64,000 nt of DNA, from the IMG/VR virus record IMGVR_UViG_3300032677_000006. The stretch is one strand, 5' to 3'. This DNA is from a virus. Below are positions 62,896 to 64,000 of the stretch, one piece after another. Below the pieces are notes generated by a model that was given only the letters and a program-made list of their open reading frames with translations, ran no database searches and was not told where the DNA came from. Each line of letters opens with the position of its first letter. Within the stretch, counting starts at the first letter, position 1. The position numbers and the translations under genes are program-made.

Positions 62896-63446
62896 AGTTC
62901 CGGCAGCGGCCTCGTTTGTATACGTTCCTGTGGCACGGGCACCGAGGGATCGAGCAGCGGCTTGGCATCGCCTTCCGCCGGGATGACCGTTTCGCAGATC
63001 AGGCCCAGCCAGACGTTGGTCTGCTGCCAGAATGCCTGCGGCTCCAGTACCACCTTCTGGATCATGTGCCGGTAGCCGTCGAAAAACATCATGTCGCCCT
63101 GGGCCGGAAACCAGTCAAACTCCTGTAGGTGCAGATTGGCCAGCCAGATTTTGTGCTTCTGCATGGGCGTCAGGCCCACCTTGGTGAGCCGCCAGTCGGG
63201 GCGCTCCTTGGTCACCAGCGCAGGCACCTTCAGCTCCCGGGAGAACACGGTGCGCTCGTCCAGCGGCATGTGCCACAGGTCGTCATACTTGGTCGACCGG
63301 CGATCCACTTCCAGGAACAGCGGCCCGGGGATGGGCGCGTGCTTGGCGATGTACTCCGCGTGGATTTTCAGCGCCGTGGTGACGTCCGGCCTGAGCCTGA
63401 AAATCTCGCCATCGTAGAGCCACTCTTTTCGCTCCGTGTATTTCAT
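62892..63446 (-). CDS. Neck / head-closure protein (gp14-like)
   Basis: YDDLWH, LTKVGL, FPAQGDMMFFDGYRHMIQKV. Confidence 0.6.
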   Translation of the reverse strand: MKYTERKEWLYDGEIFRLRPDVTTALKIHAEYIAKHAPIPGPLFLEVDRRSTKYDDLWHMPLDERTVFSRELKVPALVTKERPDWRLTKVGLTPMQKHKIWLANLHLQEFDWFPAQGDMMFFDGYRHMIQKVVLEPQAFWQQTNVWLGLICETVIPAEGDAKPLLDPSVPVPQERIQTRPLPEL

Positions 63447-63501
63447 TATGAGCTAAATACGCCCGGGTTTTCCGTTCTTGCGACGTACCTATCACTAGAA
63501 C

Positions 63502-63819
63502 ATGAAGAAACCAACGGCACTGGACGATCTGCTCCAAGAACTCCGCGACGACGGCACGATCCGGCGCAACCCGCACGTCAGCCCGGTGACGATGGCCAAC
63601 ATCTACCTGGACGGCATCGAGGAGTCTGATGAAACCGAGGCGATTCAGCTTAACTCCGAGGAGTGCGCCCTGATCCTGGCCAACGAGGACACCGTCGAGC
63701 GGCTGGCCGAAGCCTTGAACCACCCGAAGAACGCCAGTATCCACGTGCTGGACCTGGTCCTCAGCCCGCGCCTGATCGGATACCTGGAAGCCAACCAATT
63801 CACTGTAGACGAAATCTAA
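63502..63819 (+). CDS. Hypothetical protein
   Basis: 105 aa; GTACCTA motif 10 nt upstream. Confidence 0.7.
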   Translation: MKKPTALDDLLQELRDDGTIRRNPHVSPVTMANIYLDGIEESDETEAIQLNSEECALILANEDTVERLAEALNHPKNASIHVLDLVLSPRLIGYLEANQFTVDEI

Positions 63820-63825
63820 ACCCGT

Positions 63826-64000
63826 ATGGCCGCGCCCCTCCAACCCGGTGAAGGCTTCGCCCAGGTCCAGTACCAGATGGCGCTGCCCCAGCAACAGTTC
63901 CAGACCTTTGACCCGGAGCAGGTGTCCCTGGTCGAAGCCAACCTGCGCGATGACGTCTTCGGCGACGGCAGCTGCATCCACGTGTTTCAGAGCAACAACG
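63826..64000 (+). CDS. Hypothetical protein, 3'-truncated by the window edge
   Basis: ATG 63826 MAAPLQPGEGFAQVQYQ... open to the end. Confidence 0.6.
   Translation, partial: MAAPLQPGEGFAQVQYQMALPQQQFQTFDPEQVSLVEANLRDDVFGDGSCIHVFQSNN

Larger units (their letters stand above)
1..64000. other. Segment of a large myovirus-like (T4-superfamily/jumbo) phage genome
   Basis: Portal, sheath, tube, neck, gp25, gp5-like spike and gp26-like hub genes are interleaved with primase, helicase and nuclease genes; genes are densely packed; no host housekeeping operons. Confidence 0.95.

Noticed and set aside
1-64000. Stop-codon reassignment, as in some jumbo phages
   Set aside because: Conserved genes are full length in code 11, and TAG, TGA and TAA all end genes at tight junctions

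Overview
This window is a 64-kb segment of a large, GC-rich, contractile-tailed (T4-superfamily-like, probably jumbo) bacteriophage genome in the standard genetic code. Bases ~1-10 kb form an early/accessory region of small genes behind a repeated sigma70-type promoter: a RelA/SpoT-type HD hydrolase, a P22 gp17-like protein, a TOPRIM/TopoVI-A-like protein, a Zn-ribbon/UVR protein, a methyltransferase, a YkgJ-type Cys protein, a tRNA-like element and an FN3 lipoprotein. The rest mixes virion and replication genes on both strands. Virion genes include the portal, tail sheath, two tube-like proteins, gp14/gp15-like neck proteins, gp25, a gp5-like spike, a gp26-like hub and large baseplate/fibre proteins. 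Replication genes include a Rep-like initiator next to an iteron array, an SF2 helicase, a primase, an Mre11/SbcD-like nuclease, a 5'-3' exonuclease and HU. No major capsid, terminase, integrase or CRISPR array is visible. Most notable: (1) an 8.5-kb operon of six glycosyltransferase genes, two of them multi-GT fusions, plus a methyltransferase; (2) putative protease-processed virion polyproteins, one combining a 2H phosphoesterase (Acb1/gp57B-like) with an HExxH domain; (3) a likely +1/-2 programmed frameshift (TTT TTT CGT TGA plus a hairpin) joining the gp26-like hub to a start-less gp51-like ORF; (4) three classes of promoter-like motifs only a few nt upstream of start codons; (5) a tandem double-GroES co-chaperonin. 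All family assignments are from motif recognition by eye; no searches were run. Domain styles suggest a Verrucomicrobiota host, which is inference only.
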